From: Candidatus Omnitrophota bacterium | Lineage (GTDB): Bacteria; Omnitrophota; Gorgyraeia; JABMRG01; JAFGKX01 | DNA length: 61,421 nt | Direction of reading: 5' to 3' | NCBI GenBank assembly: GCA_043797125.1 | Contig: JAZDPX010000049.1 | Coordinates: 1-61,421 of the forward strand | Shown here: positions 1-8,514 of the stretch, piece by piece | How the letters are laid out: each line of letters starts with the position of its first letter | Numbering within the stretch: the stretch's first letter is position 1 | Translations under genes and position numbers: made by a program | Notes under the pieces: model-generated | What the model was told of the DNA's origin: nothing | Seen by the model: the letters and a program-made list of their open reading frames with translations, nothing else | The model's database searches: none

Positions 1-774
1 AAAAAGATTAGCCCCGCAACAGTTAATAGAGAATTAGCCTGCCTTAAATGTATGTTAAATAAGGCGGTCTTGTGGGGCAAGCTAAGCGCAAATCCCGCAA
101 CAAAGGTTAGATTACTTAAAGAGAATAATGCGAGGCTGCGGTTTCTATCAAAAGAAGAAATAATGCGCCTTTTGGGGAATTGCGCAGAGCATTTAAAGCC
201 CGTAGTAACGCTGGCCGTTTTTACCGGTATGCGCAAGGGCGAAATTCTTAACCTTAAATGGCAGGACATAGATATTCAAAGAGGGCTTATAAATATCTAT
301 GATAGCAAAAACGGCAGCAAGCGTGAAGCCTATATCAACGAAACAGTTAAAAGAGCACTTATCGCAGTAAGAAAGAATCCTGAAAGTCCTTATGTGTTTT
401 TCAGAAAAGACGGTAAGCCGTATTATAGTTTGCGTAAATCCTTCTTTACAGCCTGCAATAAATCTGGTATATTAGATTTTCGATTTCACGATTTAAGGCA
501 TACGTTTGCATCTCAGCTTGTAATGTCAGGCGTAGATATAAAGACAGTGCAAGAGTTATTAGGCCATAAGTCAATAGAGATGACGTTGCGATATAGTCAC
601 CTTGCGCCGAGCCATAAAAGCCGAGCCGTTGAGTTATTAAGCCAGAACATAGACACAAACCTTAAGAAAATTGGCACAAATCTGGCACATTTGCCTTGTG
701 AGCCTGAAATAGACGAAAAGACATTTTTTGATAATTCCTTAATAGATAAGCAGTTACAAACCTCGCCCCTGTAG
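1..774 (+). CDS. Tyrosine recombinase / phage integrase, 5'-truncated by the window edge
   Basis: Frame is open from base 1 ([16 protein letters not shown]...). Catalytic set present: TGMRKGE, SKNG, HDLRH, LLGH, RYSH. Stop TAG at 772-774 lies inside the tRNA. Confidence 0.93.
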   Translation, partial: KKISPATVNRELACLKCMLNKAVLWGKLSANPATKVRLLKENNARLRFLSKEEIMRLLGNCAEHLKPVVTLAVFTGMRKGEILNLKWQDIDIQRGLINIYDSKNGSKREAYINETVKRALIAVRKNPESPYVFFRKDGKPYYSLRKSFFTACNKSGILDFRFHDLRHTFASQLVMSGVDIKTVQELLGHKSIEMTLRYSHLAPSHKSRAVELLSQNIDTNLKKIGTNLAHLPCEPEIDEKTFFDNSLIDKQLQTSPL

Positions 775-841
775 CTCAGTTGGATAGAGCGAAGGCTTCC
801 TAAGCCTTGCGTCGGGTGTTCGACTCGCCCCAGGGGCACCA
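765..841 (+). tRNA. tRNA-Arg(CCT)
   Basis: Acceptor stem GCCCCTG/CAGGGGC, D arm TAGCTCAGTTGGATAGAGC, anticodon arm AAGGC-TTCCTAA-GCCTT, T loop GTTCGAC, encoded CCA. Confidence 0.95.
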
Positions 842-1070
842 CGAACCACTCGCCTTGACCAATATAGAAGCTAGAATCAAGGCTCGGGTTCGTGGCACAG
901 CCATAGGCGAGTGGTGAGTGCCCCGTACCTGAGGAAGCCCTGAACCCGAGCAAAGTGAATGGTTCAGGGCTGACGAATGGTTCGGGGCAAGGCTCAGGTT
1001 CATGGCGCAGCCACGAAGCAGGCGCCTAAAGGCGCAGAAAAATTTTTGTGAGCGGTGAATGGTACAGGGG
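839..1070. repeat. Nested palindromic/direct-repeat cluster between the tRNA and the GIY-YIG gene
   Basis: 26-bp direct repeat at 878-903 and 988-1013 (3 mismatches). Stem ACCACTCGCCT/AGGCGAGTGGT spans 845-915. Nested stems at 920-988 and 937-970. Confidence 0.8.
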
Positions 1071-1082
1071 CCAAATACTACA

Positions 1083-1352
1083 ATGTATTTCGTTTATGTT
1101 CTAGTAAGCCATAAAGATAAAAAACTTTACACAGGTTTTACAGAAAATATTGAGCGCAGAGTCAAAGATCATAATTATGGAAAGACCCCCAGCACGAAAT
1201 TACGCCAACCGTTAGAGCTAATCTATTATGAAGCCCACCTGTCTAAAAATGATGCGCTGAAACGTGAGCGATACTTTAAGACTTCAAAAGGGAAAACTAC
1301 CTTAAAGCAAGTCCTTCACGATTCTATGCAGGCATTAATGTTACAACCCTAA
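1083..1352 (+). CDS. Small GIY-YIG nuclease family protein
   Basis: MYFVYVL...LYTGFT..IERR..HN..E..A..RE..FK pattern. ATG 1083 preferred over 1059. Confidence 0.88.
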   Translation: MYFVYVLVSHKDKKLYTGFTENIERRVKDHNYGKTPSTKLRQPLELIYYEAHLSKNDALKRERYFKTSKGKTTLKQVLHDSMQALMLQP

Positions 1353-1460
1353 ATTTTCTCACAATGTTTCAAAAAACTCTTTACAGGGCCTTTTTTTATG
1401 TTATAATATTATATACTTTTATAGTATTTTAATAAAGTATCCACTAAAATTTTATTAATT

Positions 1461-4082
1461 ATGAGAACTCTACTCAAAATAATAATATGCATAAGTATTA
1501 TCTTATCGCCCCAGCAGGCGCAGGCGCTCCGGCCCATCTCCACTGCGATTTCATCTGCTCAGATCTTTGCAATACACAAAGCGCGTGAGTACGATCGTAA
1601 CCTGCTCAAAGGACACTTAATTGAATTGGAAGATAAATATCTACCAATCGCAAAGGAGATAGTAATTTTGGCTCGTGAAATTCATAAATTTGTTCATCAA
1701 ACGCCAGCCGACAAACAATATCTAATTTTAAGGGATTTACAGGAAGAAAGGGACATGCCAGAAATCATTGCAGAGGGTAAGCATCTATCGAATCTATATG
1801 CCTCAGCAATTAATTTTAATAAAAACAGAACGTCAGAACTTAATAAGAAGAAAGCCTCATTTCTTTTAGCCATGGAGTATATTAGGGATAAAAATGAATT
1901 ATACCCTGATCTGAGCAAGCAGTTTAACGAGTTCGCACAACAAGGAATTAACCTAATCAATGCCCATCTTAATACGGGGAAAGAGGATACCCAATCGTCA
2001 AATTACGATGATTTAGGTTCTGTTATTAAATTTACTTGCAAACTTTTTAATCTTGCAAAGAAAAAAGTTAACGACTTATCCCAAGGAAGAGATTTGGTGT
2101 TTAAAATTATCGACAAAGCAATGCGCTTAAAAACCCCTCTTTCGCCAGACAGACAGGATGAAATTAATAGCCTTAGAACCAATATATTAGGAAGTGAAAA
2201 TGGTAAGAGAGTTTTTCTCTCAGCGAGGTCTCTCATTCAATTTTACCAAGCAAGTTTATTTACAGCTAGTAGTAACTATAAAATGGCACACGTTGCCGAT
2301 GTGATTCTCTACTCTCTTTATAAAAAAACCTATGACAGAAATTTTGAAACCCTTATTAAAGACGTTAAGAAATACATAGGAGTTGATGCAGCAGAAGAAC
2401 CAAGCGCTGAAGATATAAGCTTTAGTGAATTCTGGAAAGCCCGCCAACGTTATCAGCAATGGGAAAGAAAGCATGCAGAGCAGGAAATGACTGCGGAAGA
2501 AAAAGAAAAAAAATTGGAGCAAGATTTACGGACAATAGAGCAAATGATAATGGGCCAGGGATTTACCCTTCACAAAGAAACCTATGACTATAGCAGCGAA
2601 ATTGGAGCTCCATATAAAAATTGGGAATTAGCACAAGGATTAGATATCGATTTTCCAAACAAGCAACCCGACAGGGGTATAAGCAATGCCCACTGCACTA
2701 TTAAAAGAAAACATTTTGCGATAAAAGGCCAGAAAGGAAAAAGATTCGTCATCGATTTGCATATAGCCAAATCGAGTTTTACATGGCTCGGCAAAGGATA
2801 TAGTGTGCTGGTTTCAATAGGAGAAGAGTCTGATAAATTTTGGGAACCAGCATGGAAGCAAGAGAGAGTATTCTCATTAAGAATTGGCGATGAGTTTATT
2901 TACGATAAAGAAAAAGATACATTTACCCTGGTAAAAGAGGGGCTGTTTACAACGATGGACAAAAATACGAATGTCAAAATAAAAAATACAAGACCAGATA
3001 ACCCTATAGGACACATCGATGAATATATGGGTATTCAGGATTATTCCGGGCCATATAAGATGGATAAGGGGCTTTACCTTATGCTTGAACAATATGCCCC
3101 CAACGCTGAAATTATTGTTTATGGTTGTAAAAACGACCCTTTTCAATTTGCACTTATTGTAGATATATATAACGACAGGCACTTAATTCTTAATCACAAG
3201 GGTGCTGTTATTTATTCATCTACGGAACAAGGGGCAATCAATATAGACACTTTTACATATTTCATAGGAGAGGGCCACTTTGACAATGAGCACCGTCTAC
3301 AGGGCCGATTTTTTGGTCTAAGGAAAGACGGTACCAAATTTGTACTTAATAGATATGGAATTATCGAAGATGAAAAAATTAAAAACCCTGTGGCTTTTAA
3401 ACAGGAATGGGATTCTATCCATACACAAGTTCTTGCAGAATGCTATAGGTATCTTGTCAAAATGTTTTCTGGAAAATCAGAATTTTTAAAAAGCGAAGAG
3501 GGTAAATTATATGAAAGCCTAAAGAAAGATTACGCCAATTTAGAAGAGGAGCGGCTAAGGGAGATTATTCTACGATGTTTTGCTGTCAGAAAGGAAATCT
3601 TAGAAGGCCAAAAATTGTTAGAGAAGGTCTTTTTTGGAAATAATAAATGTGACATTGGTAAATATCATTACCAAATAAAACCCCACATAAGCGAATGGTA
3701 TCAGCAATATGGGGAAGGCTATAAGGATGAACGTATTAGCGAGGGTAAGCTTGCGCTAAGTAGTGCGCTGGAAACTTTTCATGTGGTCTGTGACTACTGG
3801 GGCTCAGAAGATGATTTATATTTTACATTGTGTAGTTTTGAGTATTTTTTAACTGATTCGGGTGAATTAAAAATTGCCTGCACAGACAATCTTTATGACC
3901 CAGAGGCCATGAATAAACAATATGGCGGAATTGATGCGAATACATTAAAAGAGTTTTTAGCCAAATATAGATTGACGGGAACCTTAACAGTGCCCGTACC
4001 AAGACGCTTACCAAATCCTTCGGGAGACGTTTACCGCCTGCATCGGGAAAGTGTACCCTTTGCCTTTGATGCAAGCGCGTAA
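1461..4082 (+). CDS. Large secreted hypothetical protein (signal peptide + LRP motif, C-terminus AFDASA)
   Basis: 873-aa ORF starting MRTLLKIIICISIILSPQQAQA|LRP. No domain recognised. Confidence 0.75.
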   Translation: MRTLLKIIICISIILSPQQAQALRPISTAISSAQIFAIHKAREYDRNLLKGHLIELEDKYLPIAKEIVILAREIHKFVHQTPADKQYLILRDLQEERDMPEIIAEGKHLSNLYASAINFNKNRTSELNKKKASFLLAMEYIRDKNELYPDLSKQFNEFAQQGINLINAHLNTGKEDTQSSNYDDLGSVIKFTCKLFNLAKKKVNDLSQGRDLVFKIIDKAMRLKTPLSPDRQDEINSLRTNILGSENGKRVFLSARSLIQFYQASLFTASSNYKMAHVADVILYSLYKKTYDRNFETLIKDVKKYIGVDAAEEPSAEDISFSEFWKARQRYQQWERKHAEQEMTAEEKEKKLEQDLRTIEQMIMGQGFTLHKETYDYSSEIGAPYKNWELAQGLDIDFPNKQPDRGISNAHCTIKRKHFAIKGQKGKRFVIDLHIAKSSFTWLGKGYSVLVSIGEESDKFWEPAWKQERVFSLRIGDEFIYDKEKDTFTLVKEGLFTTMDKNTNVKIKNTRPDNPIGHIDEYMGIQDYSGPYKMDKGLYLMLEQYAPNAEIIVYGCKNDPFQFALIVDIYNDRHLILNHKGAVIYSSTEQGAINIDTFTYFIGEGHFDNEHRLQGRFFGLRKDGTKFVLNRYGIIEDEKIKNPVAFKQEWDSIHTQVLAECYRYLVKMFSGKSEFLKSEEGKLYESLKKDYANLEEERLREIILRCFAVRKEILEGQKLLEKVFFGNNKCDIGKYHYQIKPHISEWYQQYGEGYKDERISEGKLALSSALETFHVVCDYWGSEDDLYFTLCSFEYFLTDSGELKIACTDNLYDPEAMNKQYGGIDANTLKEFLAKYRLTGTLTVPVPRRLPNPSGDVYRLHRESVPFAFDASA

Positions 4083-4126
4083 ATTTAACCGCATAAGCAT
4101 ATAAAAAAGAGGCAAATTTATATTTT

Positions 4127-4260
4127 AATGACAAATGACAAAGCACAAAATTCAAAATATATCCAAATATCAAATACCAAATGACAAAACTTATGTTTTG
4201 CAATTTGTTATTTGTCATTTGACATTCATTTGGATTTTGAATTTTGACATTTGTCATTGA
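4127..4260. repeat. Inverted pair of degenerate heptamer tandem arrays (AAATGAC / GTCATTT)
   Basis: Left arm AATGACAAATGACAAA...AAATATCAAATACCAAATGACAAA. Right arm TTTGTTATTTGTCATTTGACATT...TTTGACATTTGTCATT. Confidence 0.8.
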
Positions 4261-4344
4261 CACTAACTACGTAACCCAACTACGAAACGGGCTACGTTAC
4301 CGTAACCGAACTACGCTTCCTTAAGAAGTTCTCGCTAAATTCCC

Positions 4345-4392
4345 TTGACAAAGCGGCCAGTTATGGTAATTTATTACCATAAACATGGTAAA
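4345..4392 (+). promoter_or_regulatory. Promoter and palindromic operator of the MNT-HEPN pair
   Basis: TTGACA at 4345. Inverted repeat TTATGGTAAT-TT-ATTACCATAA at 4361-4382 covers the -10 region. Extra half-site ATGGTAA at 4385. Confidence 0.65.
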
Positions 4393-4395
4393 AAT

Positions 4396-4941
4396 ATGAT
4401 ATCTTTACGCTCAAAGGTAGCGATAAAACTGCTGGATTATTATTTCATTAATCCGCGCGCCCAGCATTATATTAATGAGCTGGCTAGGATTTTGGAGCTT
4501 GATCCCAAAAACACCGAAAAAAAACTCAAAGAACTCGAGGGCGAAGGCCTCTTAAAAAGCGAGTTCCGCGGCAAAGAAAGATATTTTTTCCTCGCGAAGA
4601 ATAATCCTGTTTTAAAGCACTACCAGCAGATTTTTCTGAAAACGCACGGCATAGAGAATAGGCTTAAAAGTTTGATGGGCGGTATCAAAGGGCTTAAGCA
4701 GGCATATCTATTTGGTTCATACGCAAGCAATAATATGGATTCTTCAAGCGATATTGATTTACTGGTTGTAGGCTCGCATTCTGTTTTGGAATTGCAACGA
4801 GGCATTGTTAAGCTGCAGAAGGATACAGGAAGAGAATTTAATGTGACGAATTTAAGCCCAAAAGAATTTGAAGCAAGGAAAAAGAACAAAAACCACTTCA
4901 TAAGCAGCGTTCTTAATAGTAAGATTATCAGGCTTATATGA
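4396..4941 (+). CDS. Winged-helix + minimal nucleotidyltransferase (MNT) antitoxin
   Basis: N-terminal HTH (YINELARIL...). LFGSYA...SDIDLLVV Pol-beta motif. The track's TTG start at 4345 is the -35 box. Confidence 0.85.
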   Translation: MISLRSKVAIKLLDYYFINPRAQHYINELARILELDPKNTEKKLKELEGEGLLKSEFRGKERYFFLAKNNPVLKHYQQIFLKTHGIENRLKSLMGGIKGLKQAYLFGSYASNNMDSSSDIDLLVVGSHSVLELQRGIVKLQKDTGREFNVTNLSPKEFEARKKNKNHFISSVLNSKIIRLI

Positions 4942-5339
4942 TAAATTTTGAAAACCAATATTTTCAGAAACTAGTTTTTAAAAATGAGCAGATTGAGCAA
5001 TTTTTAAAGTCCGCTTTGCATGACCTAAAAATAGCGGAAGAATCCGATATTGTAGATGTTGTTTTCAAGTTCAGTTATGATGCCATTATAAAATTAGGTA
5101 TTATGCTAATTGCCAAAAAAGGATACAAGGTTAGAAGTGTAACAGGCCACCATATTAAAATACTTGAGAAACTAAGCCAGACACTCGAAGAAGACGATAT
5201 TCTTGTGCTTGGCAATAAGATGAGGCAGGAGCGTAATGTTAATTTTTATGACGGCGGATTTTTTATCGGAGAAAAAGACAGCCAGGAATATTTGGATTTT
5301 GTAAAGAGAGTTTTTAAAAAAGCTAATTCGTTGATTTAA
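4938..5339 (+). CDS. HEPN-domain toxin-like protein
   Basis: ATGA overlap with MNT. Helical 133 aa with GHH and RQERNVNFY (R-x4-Y variant). Confidence 0.72.
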   Translation: MINFENQYFQKLVFKNEQIEQFLKSALHDLKIAEESDIVDVVFKFSYDAIIKLGIMLIAKKGYKVRSVTGHHIKILEKLSQTLEEDDILVLGNKMRQERNVNFYDGGFFIGEKDSQEYLDFVKRVFKKANSLI

Positions 5340-5341
5340 TT

Positions 5342-7111
5342 ATGAAGAGAACGCTGCGTAACATAATTTTACTAACTGCATTGTTGGCTATTGCATATGC
5401 CTGCATCAAAGCCGAAGGCCCTATCAAGCGCAAAATATACGCGAGTAAAAATGGGCGCAAAATTTACAAAAATATTGAAGAAATGGAATCGCGCGTTGAC
5501 AAATTTTTTAAAGGCATAGGCAAAGGCATAAAGCCGGGCAAGGCCAAGGCAAAAAAGCAATCCTCAGCCGAAAGAGTCGCATTATATTTTAAAGACGGAA
5601 GCACCATGATAGGCCAGATACTGGAAACTACAGACGATAAATACATCGTTGACTGGAAGGGCATGGAAACGGTTGTTTATAAGGACCAGATAGAGCGCGT
5701 GGGCAGCGCCTACGAGGCATTGGATAAAAAGGGCGCGCTTTCCGACGAGGACATTTCAAATTGGTGGCCGTATCAGAATGATATTGCCATAAGGCTTAAA
5801 AACGGGATGGTCCTTGACGCAGAGATAATAGGTGTTGAAAAAGAAAGGATTGTTATACGCCACAACATAGAGGGCGGGCATATCGAACAGGACCTCGCGC
5901 GCGGCGATATAGAGTATCTGATTTTTAAACCTGTTGATAATGATGAAAGCAAAAGCGCCCAGGCAAGGCTTGAAAGGTCGTTCGGGAAGATGCAGCTTTA
6001 TAAGGAAGGCAATTTCACCATTGTAACGGATTCATATATAACATGGGTCAATGAATGCAAGAAGACGTTAAGGAGCGTGTACACAGAGCTGTATTTTAAA
6101 TTTTTCGATCTTCTTAAAACCAGAAAGCCCAAGATGCAGATTTTTGTTGTGATATTCGACAGCTATCCTGATTTTGTCGAATACGCCGTATCAGACGGTG
6201 TGCCGGGCTGGGCAGTTGCCGGGTATTTCAGCCCGGAAGACAAGGTGCTTTATATGTTTAATATACTGGGCGAGAGGTTTTCTGGAATTTTGCTTGAGGC
6301 AATAGCCGGTCAGACAGGAAGAAAAATCGACGATATAGTAGATAAGGTAAAAGCGCAGGTTGATGAAAGATATCATATATTTATCGAAGGCCAGGCAAAA
6401 CAGATAAATGACAAATACTGGGAGGTTTATAATTATTACAAGGACAGCTTCAGGGAAGCTACGCTGTCCACGTTAAGGCATGAATTTACGCATTCAATAT
6501 TTCATAACTGGGGGCTCCAAAGCATAGAGCTTTCAAAATACGAGAAAGACAAGGAAGAGCTTATAAAAAGAAAAAAAGACTACATTGATACAGATGACAG
6601 CAAGAAAAAGACAAAACTTATAGACAGGTTAATATCAATGAGAGGCGATGACGAGTCCCTTGATGTAAAGGCGGCAAATTCGTGGCTGGCAGAAGGCATT
6701 GCCACCTACAGTGAAACAGACCCTATCGGCAGCCAGAACGACAGATGGCTATTTATATATCAGGAAATGGCGAGAAAAAATACAGTATACCCGCTTGAAT
6801 TTTTGACGGTTTATAAAATCGGAAGTTTTCCCGGGGTCTATTCAAGCGCCATGCTTGATTTGTACGCGCAAAGCTGGGCATTAGTAAATTTCCTTATGGA
6901 AAAATATCCGAAAGAATTTATTGCATACCAGGAAAGGATGTCTGCGCAAGTCGCCGCAGGTCAGGAAGATGTGAAGTGGCTCTCGGAAGCAATCGGTAAG
7001 GACATACGCGCGATAGAAAGCGAATTTACGGAATATATGAAAAGTTTCGAAGAATTAGAAGACCCCTTATTAAAACACATCGGTAGGCTCCAGGATATCT
7101 TTAAGGGTTAA
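5342..7111 (+). CDS. Exported gluzincin-type metallopeptidase-like protein (DUF1570-like)
   Basis: N-terminal signal/anchor, HEFTH, WLAEGIATY, YAQSWALV. Confidence 0.7.
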   Translation: MKRTLRNIILLTALLAIAYACIKAEGPIKRKIYASKNGRKIYKNIEEMESRVDKFFKGIGKGIKPGKAKAKKQSSAERVALYFKDGSTMIGQILETTDDKYIVDWKGMETVVYKDQIERVGSAYEALDKKGALSDEDISNWWPYQNDIAIRLKNGMVLDAEIIGVEKERIVIRHNIEGGHIEQDLARGDIEYLIFKPVDNDESKSAQARLERSFGKMQLYKEGNFTIVTDSYITWVNECKKTLRSVYTELYFKFFDLLKTRKPKMQIFVVIFDSYPDFVEYAVSDGVPGWAVAGYFSPEDKVLYMFNILGERFSGILLEAIAGQTGRKIDDIVDKVKAQVDERYHIFIEGQAKQINDKYWEVYNYYKDSFREATLSTLRHEFTHSIFHNWGLQSIELSKYEKDKEELIKRKKDYIDTDDSKKKTKLIDRLISMRGDDESLDVKAANSWLAEGIATYSETDPIGSQNDRWLFIYQEMARKNTVYPLEFLTVYKIGSFPGVYSSAMLDLYAQSWALVNFLMEKYPKEFIAYQERMSAQVAAGQEDVKWLSEAIGKDIRAIESEFTEYMKSFEELEDPLLKHIGRLQDIFKG

Positions 7112-7127
7112 ACCATGCGGAGTAAAC

Positions 7128-7490
7128 ATGCCTGTCGCAGTAGAAATAACAAAAAAAGAATTCGGCCTTTTGATGGTTTCACCGAAAGGCTCAATCGATT
7201 CAGAGACATACGAAGATTTTTTTGATAAAATAAACCCTGTATTAAGCCTGTCAACAAAAGCAGTCATAATGAACATGAACGATGTAACTTATGTAAGCAG
7301 CATGGGTGTCAGCGTTTTACTGGAGTTGAGAAAAACAGTTATCGGTAATGAAGGCATTTTTATCATGGTAAATCTGCAGCCGCAGGTAAAAAAGATTTTG
7401 GAGCTTTTAAAGGCTTTTTTGGATGAGAGTATTTATAAAAACGTCGAAGAGGCGCAAAACTATTTTTACAGGGTTCGCAAAAGAAAATAA
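7128..7490 (+). CDS. STAS-domain anti-sigma factor antagonist
   Basis: GSIDS...VTYVSSMG...LQPQV STAS pattern. Confidence 0.85.
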   Translation: MPVAVEITKKEFGLLMVSPKGSIDSETYEDFFDKINPVLSLSTKAVIMNMNDVTYVSSMGVSVLLELRKTVIGNEGIFIMVNLQPQVKKILELLKAFLDESIYKNVEEAQNYFYRVRKRK

Positions 7491-7499
7491 GGAGCGAGA

Positions 7500-7679
7500 A
7501 TGGATTATGTCTGTCCTGTATGCAACGAGCGCCTCGCAAGAGAGCTTCCCGCAATTATATCCCACACAGAAAAGCATATTGTAGATTTGATCAAAAAAGA
7601 TCACCCCGCATGGGAAGAGAAAGACGGCACCTGCAGAAAGTGCTATGAGCATTATAAAAAAAGTTTACACCCGGATTAG
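7500..7679 (+). CDS. Small putative metal-binding protein (59 aa), not in the ORF track
   Basis: AAGGAG RBS. Translation MDYVCPVCNERLARELPAIISHTEKHIVDLIKKDHPAWEEKDGTCRKCYEHYKKSLHPD*. Confidence 0.75.
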   Translation: MDYVCPVCNERLARELPAIISHTEKHIVDLIKKDHPAWEEKDGTCRKCYEHYKKSLHPD

Positions 7680-7758
7680 TCTTTTAAGAGAGTCTTATTT
7701 TTGCTTGCATTTATTCGCATAGTGTGTTATTTATAAGATTAGGCAGGAGGCAATAACC

Positions 7759-8220
7759 ATGAAAAAAACTATTTTTTTAATTATTCTAATATCTATTTTT
7801 ACAGCCGCAGGATGCGCTGATACAGGATCAAGGCGTTCTTCGGATACTACGGCGTCTTCTACGTTGGAAGTAGCTACTGCGTTAAAGTTTGATGATGTGC
7901 CGGTGCCGAGCGGATTTAAATTAGTTGCCGATGATTCATTTATTTTTGATAATGATGTGATGCGCCTAGGGATCCTTAAATACAGCGGCAGGCCGGATGC
8001 TTCGGTCGTGGTGAAATTTTACAAGGACCAGATGCCTCTTTATAATTGGCGGTTTATCAACCTCATGGAGTTTAACACGCGAATTATCAATTTTGACCGA
8101 GATGACCAGACCTGCACAATAATTGTTGAACCTCGTCAGTTAAGCACGCAGGTCACAGTAAGCGTTGCGCCGAAGGCCGGCAGGGCGGCGACGTATAAGG
8201 TTGATAAAAGCAGTCGATAG
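7759..8220 (+). CDS. Lipoprotein of unknown function
   Basis: Lipobox AAGC, AGGAGG RBS. Confidence 0.75.
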   Translation: MKKTIFLIILISIFTAAGCADTGSRRSSDTTASSTLEVATALKFDDVPVPSGFKLVADDSFIFDNDVMRLGILKYSGRPDASVVVKFYKDQMPLYNWRFINLMEFNTRIINFDRDDQTCTIIVEPRQLSTQVTVSVAPKAGRAATYKVDKSSR

Positions 8221-8250
8221 TCGATAGTCGATGGTCTATGGCCGATGGCA
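8213..8250 (+). repeat. Heptamer tandem repeat (ATAGTCG/ATGGTCT)
   Basis: GTCGATAGTCGATAGTCGATGGTCTATGGCCGATGGC. Same unit family as 59669-59705. Confidence 0.7.
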
Positions 8251-8514
8251 TAAAAAAGCACAAAATGGCAAAAATTTGTTGACAACAACATGAATTGCTG
8301 GTATGTTATAAATAGTCTAACAATAATTAAGCAGGCTTAACCGTCATAGATGGCTCAAGTTCAGGCAAAAGGGAGGTGAAGCAAATAAAAAGCCGTGAGT
8401 TGTCAAACAGATATGGCGATTAGCATATATAGATGTAGTGAAAGTTATTTAGATACTCATTAGCAGTATCTATTTTCATAAAAGATATATCAACTAAATA
8501 CTAGGAGGATTATA

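Noticed and set aside
597-1003. Minus-strand ORFs 597-953 and 800-1003
   Set aside because: They are antisense to the integrase, tRNA and repeat cluster, with no protein features.
839-1070. Possible mini-CRISPR from the 26-bp direct repeats
   Set aside because: Only two repeats, separated by ~84 bp of palindromic sequence, and no cas genes in the window.
1380-1460. Copy of the 48-nt LRP leader upstream of the 1461 gene
   Set aside because: Only weak AT-rich similarity (TTATAGT, TTAATT), not enough to claim homology.
4345-4395. TTG start for the MNT gene
   Set aside because: The TTG is part of a TTGACA -35 box, and the extension covers the operator.
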